Shown: positions 10,074 to 20,173 of the stretch, piece by piece
How positions within the stretch are numbered: the first letter of the stretch is position 1
Layout of the letters: every line of letters begins with the position of its first letter
DNA from: Trichodesmium erythraeum IMS101
GTDB lineage: Bacteria; Cyanobacteriota; Cyanobacteriia; Cyanobacteriales; Microcoleaceae
NCBI RefSeq assembly: GCF_000014265.1
Contig: NC_008312.1
Location: forward strand, 1,440,001 to 1,472,000
Length of the DNA stretch: 32,000 bases
Direction: 5' to 3'
Program-made: the position numbers and the translations under genes
Notes under the pieces: generated by a model
What the model saw: only the letters and a program-made list of their open reading frames with translations
Told to the model about the DNA's origin: nothing
Database searches by the model: none

Positions 10074-11684
10074 CTATTTTTTTCCAAAATTAGCTAACTT
10101 ACTAAGAGTTTGGACTTCAGTTCCCGGAAAATAAAAACTGAGAATGCGATCGCTACTCCAACCTAACTCAGCTAACTTAATTGAACCTTTCTGACTCAAG
10201 CCTACTCCATGTCCAAAACCACCGCCAACAAAAGCGTAACCCCACAAAGTTTTATCGGGTTTGTATATAGAGTCTAGATAAAACAGTGTGCTCCAAGGGA
10301 CCCAAAAAGCATTTTGTACCTCGTCTTTATTTAACTCTATAATTCCTCTATCTGTTTCCACAGTCATTTTCAGAACACGACCAGCTAGCGATCGCTTCGT
10401 CACCGCTACTTTTTTAATAGTATTAAACTGAGCAAAAGGACTTTTTTTCCTTTGAAAATAACCCCTTAAATAACCAGATATATCCGGTAAACTAACCACC
10501 TCCCGCCAGCGAAATTCTCTCCAACCATCTTCATTAAATCCTTTTTTAATACTCATAAACTTACGGAAATTTTGATCAGTTGCTAAACTATTTTTAGATA
10601 TATCCCAAATATTATTAGTAGCATCAACAACAGGTATTAAATAAGGACGTTTAGTACCATTCCACAAATCATTAAAAGCTGCAGTAACACCACCACTAAC
10701 AGCAAAATAAACTGCATCTATCAACTCATCTTTATAAGTCAAAACTTTTCCCCTAGTTGCTGTTACTGCCGCATCTGTTTCTGGGTAGACATCTAATCCT
10801 TTATAAACCTGACAGTGAGTATTAGCACATAACTCATAATTATCTACCATAAACCGATGTAAATTTTTCAGTGCATAAGTTCTAGCTAAAATTGATTGAG
10901 CTTCTAGGGATGCTTTTGGTGGCCAAGCCCCTAATTCATGGGGTACTACTCCCCGAATGTAAGTTTCTATTGGTACATTATTAACTAATGTATAAGTACC
11001 ATAAGCATTAGGTTGTAGTTTTAACGAGCCTACATAACGTCGTTCTTCTAGTGTTGCTCTGTCTTGGTTAAATTGATTATTGATGATAACTTCATTTTTC
11101 CCCGCAGTAATATATAGTTCATGGCGATGATAAATATAGCCATTCATACTCCAGTAAGCTGTAGGCCTTTGTTTTAAAGCTTCCAGCTCAAGATAGATAT
11201 TTGTATTATTATTAGCTTGTAGACTTTCTAATAGCCAGCGTCGTAATAAAGGAGTTTTATATACTTCTCTTTTTCCCCAAACTTTCCATCTACCTGGTTG
11301 AGCTACTTCTACTTCTATTCCTTTCTTTTTCCATAACTGGGCATCTTCTTCAGCATTTTCATAACTACGGTGACTACTAAGAATTAATCGCTCTTTTAAA
11401 AGAGGTTTTTTTAGAGGTTTAACTTTAATTTTTAGTTCTACTTTTTCAGTAGTAAGAGTTTCTTCTCCTGCAGGAGTTTTAAACCGCAAAGTCAATTTAT
11501 CTCCTGGAGTAGCTTTAATAATAATTTTATCTTTTGGTTTAGCACCAAATCTTTGTATAATTCCTATTTTGAGTAATCTGTTATATTCTTCTACGGCTTT
11601 GACTGGTGTTATATTTAATCCTAGTAACAAAGCTGTTATAAAAATTGTATTTTTGATGATTTTTTGAGATTTTTTTGCCAACAA
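10074..11684 (-). CDS. SpoIID/LytB domain protein (secreted, peptidoglycan-remodelling family)
   Basis: 536 aa, N-terminal signal peptide (IFITALLLGLNITPVKA). Motifs SILARTYAL and LCANTHCQVYKG are typical of SpoIID. Starts at TTG. Confidence 0.85.
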   Translation of the reverse strand: MLAKKSQKIIKNTIFITALLLGLNITPVKAVEEYNRLLKIGIIQRFGAKPKDKIIIKATPGDKLTLRFKTPAGEETLTTEKVELKIKVKPLKKPLLKERLILSSHRSYENAEEDAQLWKKKGIEVEVAQPGRWKVWGKREVYKTPLLRRWLLESLQANNNTNIYLELEALKQRPTAYWSMNGYIYHRHELYITAGKNEVIINNQFNQDRATLEERRYVGSLKLQPNAYGTYTLVNNVPIETYIRGVVPHELGAWPPKASLEAQSILARTYALKNLHRFMVDNYELCANTHCQVYKGLDVYPETDAAVTATRGKVLTYKDELIDAVYFAVSGGVTAAFNDLWNGTKRPYLIPVVDATNNIWDISKNSLATDQNFRKFMSIKKGFNEDGWREFRWREVVSLPDISGYLRGYFQRKKSPFAQFNTIKKVAVTKRSLAGRVLKMTVETDRGIIELNKDEVQNAFWVPWSTLFYLDSIYKPDKTLWGYAFVGGGFGHGVGLSQKGSIKLAELGWSSDRILSFYFPGTEVQTLSKLANFGKK

Positions 11685-12746
11685 TTTTATTCACCTATGT
11701 AGTATTTATTTGATAATTATTTTACATCAAAATGAGTATATATAAAAAACTATCAAATAAAAAAATAATTTTTATAAAAAAAATTTTTATCTTTTTTCTT
11801 GATGTTTTAATCTCAAATATATTAATATAGAAATTATATTTTAATTTGTCTTCAAAATTTTCTCATTTTTTGGAGATATGCAATCGAAATTAGTTCAATT
11901 ATCAAGAGTTTCGGAGTTTATTTCTAGCTTTTGAATTCTCACAAATATTTGATATGATTAATGTATTATAATCCTCACAGAGTAACAAGCCAGATGAAAG
12001 CTATATATTATAGAGAATAAACTGAAAAATATTTCAAGTGAAAAATAAAAATGATTAAGAATCAATAGGGATGTAGTGGTAGTAATGCACCCCTCCCCTT
12101 TGAGTAATTTTTTTATTCACTGAAGCAAGTTTTAAAACAGTTAAAGACTAATTAGTAATTACAAATAAAAATTATTAAAATTGAATAGATTAGCTTTGAC
12201 TACATTCTAGTTTTATTTATTTAAAAAAAATATTATCAAAAAAAGAATAGAATTTTGATTAATACCAACCTAACAATTATGATGAATTTTAGATACAAAT
12301 TATCAGCCAAATACTAAAACAGTAATAATTAGCTTAGGGAATAAAGTATATATTTAATAAATAACAATAAAAAGAATATTTTTAATAATCATAAAACCTA
12401 GTAAATTGACACAAAAAAAATAGTGATTAGTCCTATATTAATATTATTGAAAGGCAAGAAAATAATTAATTATAATGGCAGATAGATAGTGACCAATTAT
12501 TTTCCTATCCCATTGCTAGTAAAAATATTAACAATAAGATGTATCTATTGTTTTGATACCAAAAAATTAACCACAACTAAAGGAGGTATAAAACTAATAA
12601 ATTAGGAATGTATGATTTTTTGATATACAAAAAATATAAAAACCATTTTGTACCTTTGCCCGCGATTAAATTTTTAAGGCATGGAGTCATATTTGGGAAA
12701 AAGCAAATCAATACAAAAAGAGATTTAACAAACCAAGGCAATACTC

Positions 12747-12863
12747 TCTTCAGGCACCAAGGCACTGAATAATTATCCTGTCGCCGAAGGCACAAGCCTT
12801 CTGAAGATCTTAAAAAATAGGGATTAAGATCATCCCATACAGCAACTCCAGTGGAGTTGGTAT
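12747..12863. ncRNA. Candidate structured RNA: three adjacent hairpins in a GC-richer island (strand undetermined)
   Basis: H1: TCTTCAGGC 12747-12755 pairs with GCC..TGAAGA 12796-12807. H2: GATCTTAA 12806-12813 pairs with TTAAGATC 12824-12831. H3: CAACTCC 12843-12849 pairs with GGAGTTG 12853-12859, extended by ATAC/GTAT. No match to RNase P, tmRNA, SRP or cobalamin-riboswitch cores that I could recognise. Confidence 0.3.
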
Positions 12864-12886
12864 TCCCAGCAGAGGTCTTAAGGGTC

Positions 12887-12957
12887 ACCTTCTACATAAC
12901 TACCTTCTACATCCTGCCTTCTCAAAAATACTCCAGCATACCCCATCTCCCCATCTC
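12887..12957. repeat. Direct repeats between the structured island and the HTH gene: ACCTTCTACAT x2 (12887-12897, 12902-12912) and CCCATCTC x2 in tandem (12942-12957)
   Basis: Read directly. They lie 115-185 nt upstream of ATG 13072, so they are possible operator or promoter elements. Confidence 0.5.
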
Positions 12958-13071
12958 TCCTTAATCTTTTAAATAAATACCAAATGGATTATATACTACA
13001 AATAGTTAGCAGTTATGGTATATTTTAGGATATACAAAAAAGTTTGCTCTTTTCCGTATTTTACTGGCAGG

Positions 13072-13713
13072 ATGAATCAATCTTTTCGAATCAACTACGC
13101 CCCAATATTACAGAACTTAATGCAAGATGCAAATATTTCCAGCTATAGGGAATTAAGTCAAAAAGCTAGAGTTTCTGAGTTACAAGTTATTCGGTTGCAA
13201 GGTGGGCTAGCATCACAAATGCGAGTAGATATTTTACTCAAAATAAGTCTGGCATTAGGAATAACTTTAACAGAACTATTAACTAATTTTGCACCTGAAC
13301 TTGTTAAAAATTTACCGAAAAATTCCACTTCAGCACTAGAACAAGAATGTAAAAATCTCCAAAAAGAATTAGAGCAACAAAAACAATTTTTAATGCAAGA
13401 GTTTCAGCAGTCTAGTTTACAAATTTTAGAATCTTGGCTACAACAATGGCCTACCGTGATCTATAAAGCTAAACAAAATCCTAGTTTAGCAGCCATCAAA
13501 ATATTACCTTTGTTACGTCCAGTAGAAAAACTGATGGGACAGTGGAATGTTGAATCTCTTGCTCCTGTGGGGGCAGAAGTTCCTTTTGACCCGCAGTTGC
13601 ATCAACTAATGGAAGGATATGCCCAAAAGGGAGAAATGGTAACAATTCGTTATACTGGCTATAGGCAAGGAGATAAACTGCTGTTTCGTGCCAAAGTTAG
13701 TCCTATAAGTTAA
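13072..13713 (+). CDS. HTH (XRE-like) domain protein with coiled-coil and GrpE-like C-terminal domain
   Basis: N-terminus ISSYRELSQKARVSELQVIRLQGG...LLKISLALGITLTELL is HTH-like. The central part is Q/E/K-rich coiled coil. The C-terminus (VGAEVPFDPQLHQLMEGYAQKGEMVTIRYTGYRQGDKLLFRAKVS) matches the GrpE beta-domain pattern G..FDP..H.A...GY......R.A.V. Start taken as ATG 13072 rather than the track's 13015. Confidence 0.65.
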   Translation: MNQSFRINYAPILQNLMQDANISSYRELSQKARVSELQVIRLQGGLASQMRVDILLKISLALGITLTELLTNFAPELVKNLPKNSTSALEQECKNLQKELEQQKQFLMQEFQQSSLQILESWLQQWPTVIYKAKQNPSLAAIKILPLLRPVEKLMGQWNVESLAPVGAEVPFDPQLHQLMEGYAQKGEMVTIRYTGYRQGDKLLFRAKVSPIS

Positions 13714-14097
13714 ATTGGTGTTACTGATGGGTGGCTATGATTTTTGTTAATGGCAATAATAGTGAGTATTCCTATTATGTTTTACGGGTTTCATCTCCCG
13801 TAGATATTCATGTCGGTCATAGCTGAAAACTCCTAACTATTAAGTAAAAAGGATTTGATATTTTGCCAAATAATGCTTCAATAGCTTTATTTAGCAATGC
13901 CGTCAAATTAAACAACAAAGAAGCTTAGAATTAAGGATTAACTTGGAAATAGCTGGACTTTATTTCAGTAATTACCTATACTGTCTTGAGTATTTTTAAT
14001 ATAAACCTCCACAGAAGGTTTGAAAACCTTTACTCAGCCATTCTAAAATTTGCATTTTGGAAAAGTATAATATTAAAATTTATAGCTTCTAGAAAAT

Positions 14098-14445
14098 ATG
14101 AATAATCTTGTTATTAAATATATTGAACCCTCTGGTATTATAGATAGTACTAAAACTACTTCATTTCGCCAAGATATTAGTGAACAAGTTAATGCTGGAG
14201 CTGATGTTGTTGTGATAGATTTTAAAGAAGTAACTTTTATGGATAGTTCCGGTTTAGGTGCTTTAGTCATAGCACTTAAGACTGTTCGTGCTGCTGGACG
14301 TAAGTTAGTTATATGTTCTATTAATGAGCAAATTAAAATGCTTTTTGAACTAACTAGCATAGATCGAGTTTTTCGGATATTTCCTAACCGAGAAGAGTTT
14401 AAAAAAGCTACTAATATAAGTCTTCAACCTCAAAGCAAATCCTAA
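14098..14445 (+). CDS. STAS-domain anti-sigma-factor antagonist (SpoIIAA/RsbV-like)
   Basis: 115 aa with VVVIDFKEVTFMDSSGLGALV, which includes the conserved phosphorylatable Ser context (DSSG). Confidence 0.85.
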   Translation: MNNLVIKYIEPSGIIDSTKTTSFRQDISEQVNAGADVVVIDFKEVTFMDSSGLGALVIALKTVRAAGRKLVICSINEQIKMLFELTSIDRVFRIFPNREEFKKATNISLQPQSKS

Positions 14446-14682
14446 TCCTAAAATTTCTAAATAAGTATCTTAGATTTTAGAAAGTATGTAATAGCTTTAC
14501 ATAATGTAGATATATTATATAACTGATGGGCTCGTCAAAATAGAATTAGTTTTTGATTAATGGTTCAGCTATCCTGAAACCCACTAAAATTTAATATATT
14601 TGGGAGCAATAACGGTCAGTTATATAATCTTATCTCACGGGCTGAAGCAAAGCTCTGCTGACGGGCTAGATACTTTACCTCC

Positions 14683-15512
14683 TATCTATAGTTTATTGTT
14701 TATTCAATAAACAAATAAAAGTTAAAAATATGATCAAAAAGGGTTGATATTTATAAGTAAAAATAAATAAAAGTGAGTATATTAGGGTTTTATCAATACC
14801 TTATGGAATAATAATTGAGTCTATTTTAAGTAGTTAAAAATATGTTCAAAAAGGGTGTGATAAAAAAAATCCACAAAAATCATAGGAAATAAAATTATTA
14901 AATCTACTATGATTTATTAATTTTATCTAATTCTATAAATTTAATTTTAACCTAAAGTACTACAACAATTAAGCATTGGTGAAGTTAAGAGAATAATTTT
15001 AATTTCAATTGCTATTTCTTGTGTCCATAAAAATATTTTAGGCATCGCTTACTATTGAATTCAAGCTATTCCTAATACTAGATACTGGATAATTTTTCCG
15101 GTTTCAAATATTACCAAAAATATCACGCTGATTACATAAAAAATGATTGCTAAAATAAGTCATTCTATTTTGAGATATAATATTTTATTTATCGACTAAA
15201 TTTACATAGTCTAATCACTCAATTTTTAGCTAAATTATTCAGATTATTCCTCAGAAAACTAGGATTTTTTTATAGTTTTAATATAATTCTAATTTTAGTG
15301 GTACCTCTGAATAGATTAAATCAATTTGTGAGAAACCCTGGTTAAGAAGTTACAGACTATTGGCCAAAGTGTGATGAATCTCACCTGAATACTTACTTTT
15401 CCTGAATTGTAATTCATTTTATCCTTAATACTCAAATAATTTCAAGATACATAGGCAGTCTAACTAAAGATAAGTTTTAGCAAAGAAAAATCATCACTAA
15501 ATACATCACTAC
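14683..15512. repeat. 830-bp direct repeat, copy R1 (AT-rich non-coding DNA plus the last 53 nt of the PP2C gene)
   Basis: Collinear with 19327-20156 at a constant offset of 4644 with no indels. I counted about 7 substitutions. Confidence 0.95.
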
Positions 15513-16596
15513 AATTTAGCTTTTGTATATAGTCTAATATTTTGTTTATATCGCAATAACCATATCTATAATATTCTAAAATTAGATTAATAAAATTATC
15601 TATTCCCCAAATTTCTCCGTCAGATAAATAAATTTCGTAAACACCATCACTAAATATATATAGAGAGCTAGACTTTTCTACTATGCAAGAATCATCTATA
15701 TAAGTAGCCTCTGGAAACATACCAATAGGCATTCCAGGAGTTCTCAATTTACTTACTTGAGCAAGGTGACTATCACCAGAGATCAAAATAGCTGGGGGAT
15801 GACCAGCACTTGCATAAACTAATTGACTTTCAGAGAGATTATATACACCATACCAAATAGTAAAGTATTTATCATTTTGAGAGGTTATTTGGTAAGTATT
15901 ATTTAAAGCTCTAAGTACATCACTAGGTTTATAGTAATCTAAGTTAGGTATGGCCTTTGACCTCAACAAATTCAAAACTGAAACTGAAGGAAGTGCAGCT
16001 CGTAAACCATGACCTGCGACATCTAATAAATATACAGCTAAGTAATTTTCATCTAACCAATAATAATCAAAGCAGTCTCCTCCTAACTTGCGACAAGGAA
16101 TAAACTGAGATTCAACTTTTACTGGTTCTGTTACAGATGCTGGTAGAAGAGAAGACACATAGTTCGCAGCCTCAGCTAATTCTGCTTCTAGTAGTTGCTT
16201 TTGGGTCTGCAAGTCTTGAGAAAGCTGATGTAGTCGGAGTCCAGCTCTGACCCTAGCCTTCATTTCATTGATGTTTATAGGTTTGGAAATAAAGTCATCA
16301 GCACCAGCATCAAGACCTTTAACTAAATCTTGAACACTTCCTAAAGAAGTTAACAAAATGAAGAAAGTAGTGGACAAATCAGAACTAGCTTTAACCTTAC
16401 GGCATACTTCTATTCCTGTGAGCCGCGGCATGATCCAGTCACAGATAATTAAAGCAGGTTGTAGGAGTTGGGCTTGTTTAAAACCTTCTTCACCGTTACT
16501 TGCTACTGTGACAGTATAACCCTGTTTGCCTAGAACTCTTCTAAGCAATTCCTGAACTGTAGTATCATCATCAATAACCAAAATTTTATATATCAT
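15460..16596 (-). CDS. Response regulator receiver fused to a PP2C/SpoIIE-type Ser phosphatase (RsbU-like)
   Basis: REC motifs ILVIDDD...ICDWIMP...ADDFISKP; PP2C region GGDCFDY...LLDVAGHGL...YASAGHPP...SDG. Confidence 0.9.
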   Translation of the reverse strand: MIYKILVIDDDTTVQELLRRVLGKQGYTVTVASNGEEGFKQAQLLQPALIICDWIMPRLTGIEVCRKVKASSDLSTTFFILLTSLGSVQDLVKGLDAGADDFISKPININEMKARVRAGLRLHQLSQDLQTQKQLLEAELAEAANYVSSLLPASVTEPVKVESQFIPCRKLGGDCFDYYWLDENYLAVYLLDVAGHGLRAALPSVSVLNLLRSKAIPNLDYYKPSDVLRALNNTYQITSQNDKYFTIWYGVYNLSESQLVYASAGHPPAILISGDSHLAQVSKLRTPGMPIGMFPEATYIDDSCIVEKSSSLYIFSDGVYEIYLSDGEIWGIDNFINLILEYYRYGYCDINKILDYIQKLNCSDVFSDDFSLLKLIFS

Positions 16597-16762
16597 GGAC
16601 TTAGTTAAACAATTAATTCACTGTTTCGGCTAAAGATGACATAAAAGTAAGTAGACCAGCAGCTGGAATTTATAATGTTAATTATTTACATAAATTCTAT
16701 ATAGATCAATTATAATATAGAAAATATACCTGATACATTATGTAATTATTGAATATAGAAGT

Positions 16763-17209
16763 GTGGCTACCGTAAAACGTTCTGATAGATTACCAATGCT
16801 TCGTAAAGCTTATTTGCAGGTTTGTTCAGACCTGAAAGAAAATGAGAAAGTTTTGTCATGGTTTGAGCAATTGTATCAAGTAACAATTCCACAAACAATT
16901 TGGTTACAGTGTGAATTGACTTTAGCTGAAGGTTTCACTAATGCAACTCGCCATGCTCATAAGTATTTGCCTAGAGAGACACCTATAGATATTGAAATTA
17001 CAATGTATACCAACTACCTCCAAATTAGAATTTGGGATTATGGTCAGCCTTTTGATTTGATAGAATGGTTAAAGGCACAACCCGATCCAGATATATTTGC
17101 TTCCGGTGGACGAGGTATAAGATTAATGTATGCCATAGCAGATCATATTAGTTATACTCGTACATCTGATAATCGTAACTGTTTGTTAATAAGCAAAGAT
17201 TATTGGTGA
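16763..17209 (+). CDS. Anti-sigma regulatory factor / Ser-Thr kinase (RsbW/SpoIIAB-like, HATPase_c)
   Basis: 148 aa with LAEGFTNATRHAH (N-box-like), IRIWDYGQPFD and GGRGIRLM (G-box-like). GTG start at 16763; an alternative ATG lies about 33 nt downstream. Confidence 0.8.
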   Translation: MATVKRSDRLPMLRKAYLQVCSDLKENEKVLSWFEQLYQVTIPQTIWLQCELTLAEGFTNATRHAHKYLPRETPIDIEITMYTNYLQIRIWDYGQPFDLIEWLKAQPDPDIFASGGRGIRLMYAIADHISYTRTSDNRNCLLISKDYW

Positions 17210-17684
17210 TATCCCCAAGTTTAAATGGCAATTCTGATTTTGAGAGAATCTGAGCTTTATTAGTTACTCTAAGAAATATTTAGGCTAGATACTCATAAAT
17301 TAAGTATAGAGAATAATAACTATCTGCATTTTTGTTAAATGATGAATAGGTGCATTTATCATTTACTATGAATTTCTTCCTTCGGGTCTTTTGACTGTCT
17401 TTTCTTAATTAAAGTTAATGTCTTCTCCTCTACTATAAGTTTTCACTGATTGGCTATCAGACACTCCCTGCACTAAGTTGGACATTAGGTCTGGCTTTGA
17501 GACCCACTCTTACTCTCAATTACTCTTTGAGTCTCTGCTATTTACCATCCAAGTAGCTGGCCTAAACATAAGTGTAGATACTCTGCCATCGTGACAGGCC
17601 ATAGCATTACTCGCCACTTGATTTCTTTTGTCATCAAGTATCAAATTAAATTGATAAGGTTGGCTTTGTTGCACTGCGGATGCC

Positions 17685-18155
17685 CATAGTGTAAAAATAA
17701 TAGTACATGGCATAAAAGTAAGTATGAGTAAGTCCAAGTCCAAGTCCAAATCAAAGTCTAAGTAATGTCTTAGCAACTGTTCTAAGTATAATATTTCCTT
17801 AAAACAAAGAGTTAGTTTGACATTTGGGCTAACCCTATGAGGTAATAAAGCAATGGGTCAATCAACACAAGAGTGGGGGGTAGAGGAGCATCTAATAATA
17901 CAAGTGATTTGATAATTAAATTAATAGTAACTTTGAGTTGTTTATTTGGACTACCAAGGCAATAAACACAAGGGTTTATAGAATTTAGATTTCACTTGAT
18001 GGGGTTAGATTTACCTGTGCCTGATGATAGCACTGTATCCAGTAAGCTCAATAAATTAAATATTGTGTACAGCGTGATCCCAATCACGAAAGGGATTCAT
18101 TTGGTAGTAGATTTTACAGGGGTCAAATTTACGGTGAAGGAAAATGGAAAACTTG
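17685..18155 (+). mobile_element. Second, truncated and decayed copy of the IS5-family element (5' ~470 bp only)
   Basis: Collinear with 4421-4886 (CATAGTGTAA..TAGTACATGGCATAAAAGTAAGTATGAG...), roughly four-fifths identical by eye. The (AAGTCN)n SKSKSK-coding microsatellite differs in length between copies. Similarity stops at about 18155. Confidence 0.8.
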
Positions 18156-18462
18156 CATAATTTTAATGGCTAGAAAATAGTGATATAAATGCTATTGTAT
18201 ATTGCTACACTCACAAAATAAGGAATAGGGAAGGTCGATATACCAAAATCGAAAAAAAAGGCTGAAACTTAAGAGTATATGCCAGATACCAACTAGGTAA
18301 CTATAGGTATAAACTATGCATTAAGATGTCAAACCTAGGAGTAAATTAGGGTAAAAATTCCTGCCTTTAATAAAGCTTTTAAAATGATATAGTTGTTTTA
18401 ATTAAGATTGAGACAAAAATTGAGTAGAATAATTTTAATTCAACTAAAAACTATTTTTCACC

Positions 18463-19315
18463 ATGCCTTACAGTTTAGACTTCAGGCAAAAAGTCATAAA
18501 TTTTGTAGAAAATGGTGGTACGATGACCGAAGCAGCTCATTTATTTGAAATAGAAAGAGCTTCGATATATAGATGGTTATCTCGCCCAAAATTGTCAGCA
18601 ACTAAGGTACAATGTCGTCGAACAAAATTAGGTTGGAAAGAATTAGAAAAAGATTTAAAGCCAAATCCAGAGTTTAAATTGGTAGACAGAGCTAAAAAAT
18701 TTGGAGTTAATCAAGCAGCTATATTTTATGCTTTGAAAAGAATTAATTTTCCTTAAAAAAACAACAACTTCGTTATAGGGAAAGAAATAGAGAATAAATG
18801 ATAAAATATTATCAGCTTTCCCTCGAAATTTCATCAAAAAATTTGGAAGTAAAAGCCTTGTATTTATTTATGAATCAGAATTTGAAGAGAATCAAGACTG
18901 TATTTATGCCTGGTCAAAAAAAGGGAAAAAAGTTTATCTTGAGCAAGAGGGAAAACGAGATAAAAGAAAAAATTTAGTAGCCGGGATAAGAAAAAAGGAA
19001 AAAGATTTAATAGCACCAATTATATTGAAAGGAACCCTAAATGCTGTGGTATTTGAACAATGGTTAGAGCAACATTTATTACCATCATTAAAAATTCCCA
19101 GTGTACTGCTGCACGGATAATTAACCATTAATTACGGAAAAAGGTTATTAGAGAATTAGTAGAAGCAGGGGGTCATCAATTACTATTTTTGCCAAAATAC
19201 TCTCCTGATTTAAATGAGATAGAACATGATTTTAGTGCATTAAAAAAGAGCTAGAATGTATTCATCTATCAATACATCTCTTGATGAAATTATTCGTAAT
19301 TATTGTTACAAATAG
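18463..19315 (+). pseudogene. IS630/Tc1-mariner-type transposase pseudogene
   Basis: Intact HTH part (MPYSLDFRQKVINFVENGGTMTEAAHLFEIERASIYRWL), then multiple stops and frameshifts. The conserved LLFLPKYSPDLNEIEHDFSALKK block near 19180-19250 is in another frame. Confidence 0.75.
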
Positions 19316-19326
19316 TGTCTCATTCT

Positions 19327-20156
19327 TATCTATAGTTTATTGTTTATTCAATAAACAAATAAAAGTTAAAAATATGATCAAAAAGGGTTGATAGTTATAA
19401 GTAAAAATAAATAAAAGTGAGTATATTAGGGTTTTATCAATACCTTATGGAATAATAATTGAGTCTATTTTAAGTAGTTAAAAATATGTTCAAAAAGGGT
19501 GTGATAAAAAAAATCCACAAAAATCATAGGAAATAAAATTATTAAATCTACTATGATTTATTAATTTTATCTAATTCTATAAATTTAATTTTAACCTAAA
19601 GTACTACAACAATTAAGCATTGGTGAAGTTAAGAGAATAATTTTAATTTCAATTGCTATTTCTTGTGTCCATAAAAATATTTTAGGCATCGCTTACTATT
19701 GAATTCAAGCTATTCCTAATACTAGATACTGGATAATTTTTCTGGTTTCAAATATTACCAAAAATATCACACTGATTACATAAAAAATGATTGCTAAAAT
19801 AAGTCATTCTATTTTGAGATATAATATTTTATTTATCGACTAAATTTACATAGTCTAATCACTCAATTTTTAGCTAAATTATTCAGATTATTCCTCAGAA
19901 AACTAGGATTTTTTTATAGTTTTAATATAATTCTAATTTTAGTGGTACCTCTGAGTAGATTAAATCAATTTGTGAGAAACCCTGGTTAAGAAGTTACAGA
20001 CTATTGGTCAAAGTGTGATGACTCTCACCTGAATACTTACTCTTCCTGAATTGTAATTCATTTTATCCTTAATACTCAAATAATTTCAAGATACATAGGC
20101 AGTCTAACTAAAGATAAGTTTTAGCAAAGAAAAATCATCACTAAATACATCACTAC
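19327..20156. repeat. 830-bp direct repeat, copy R2 (includes an orphan 53-nt 3' fragment of the PP2C gene at 20104-20156)
   Basis: See R1. Identity ends exactly where IS630-type relic sequence begins (20157). Confidence 0.95.
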
Positions 20157-20173
20157 TTAAAAATAACTATATA

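Noticed and set aside
12577-12888. 103-aa minus-strand ORF in the SpoIID-HTH gap
   Set aside because: No recognisable motif. Its C-terminal half is AT-rich read-through (FLYFLYIKKSYIPNLLVLYLL). The region is better explained by hairpin-forming GC-richer DNA, so I treat it as an ncRNA or regulatory candidate.
17516-17776. 86-aa minus-strand ORF with a DLDLDLDL repeat
   Set aside because: The DL repeat is simply the antisense reading of the (AAGTCN)n SKSKSK microsatellite at the IS5 relic start. The ORF straddles the IS boundary.
18655-19128. Track ORFs 18655-18837 and 18934-19128 (minus strand)
   Set aside because: They are antisense to the IS630/Tc1-type transposase pseudogene. No independent support.
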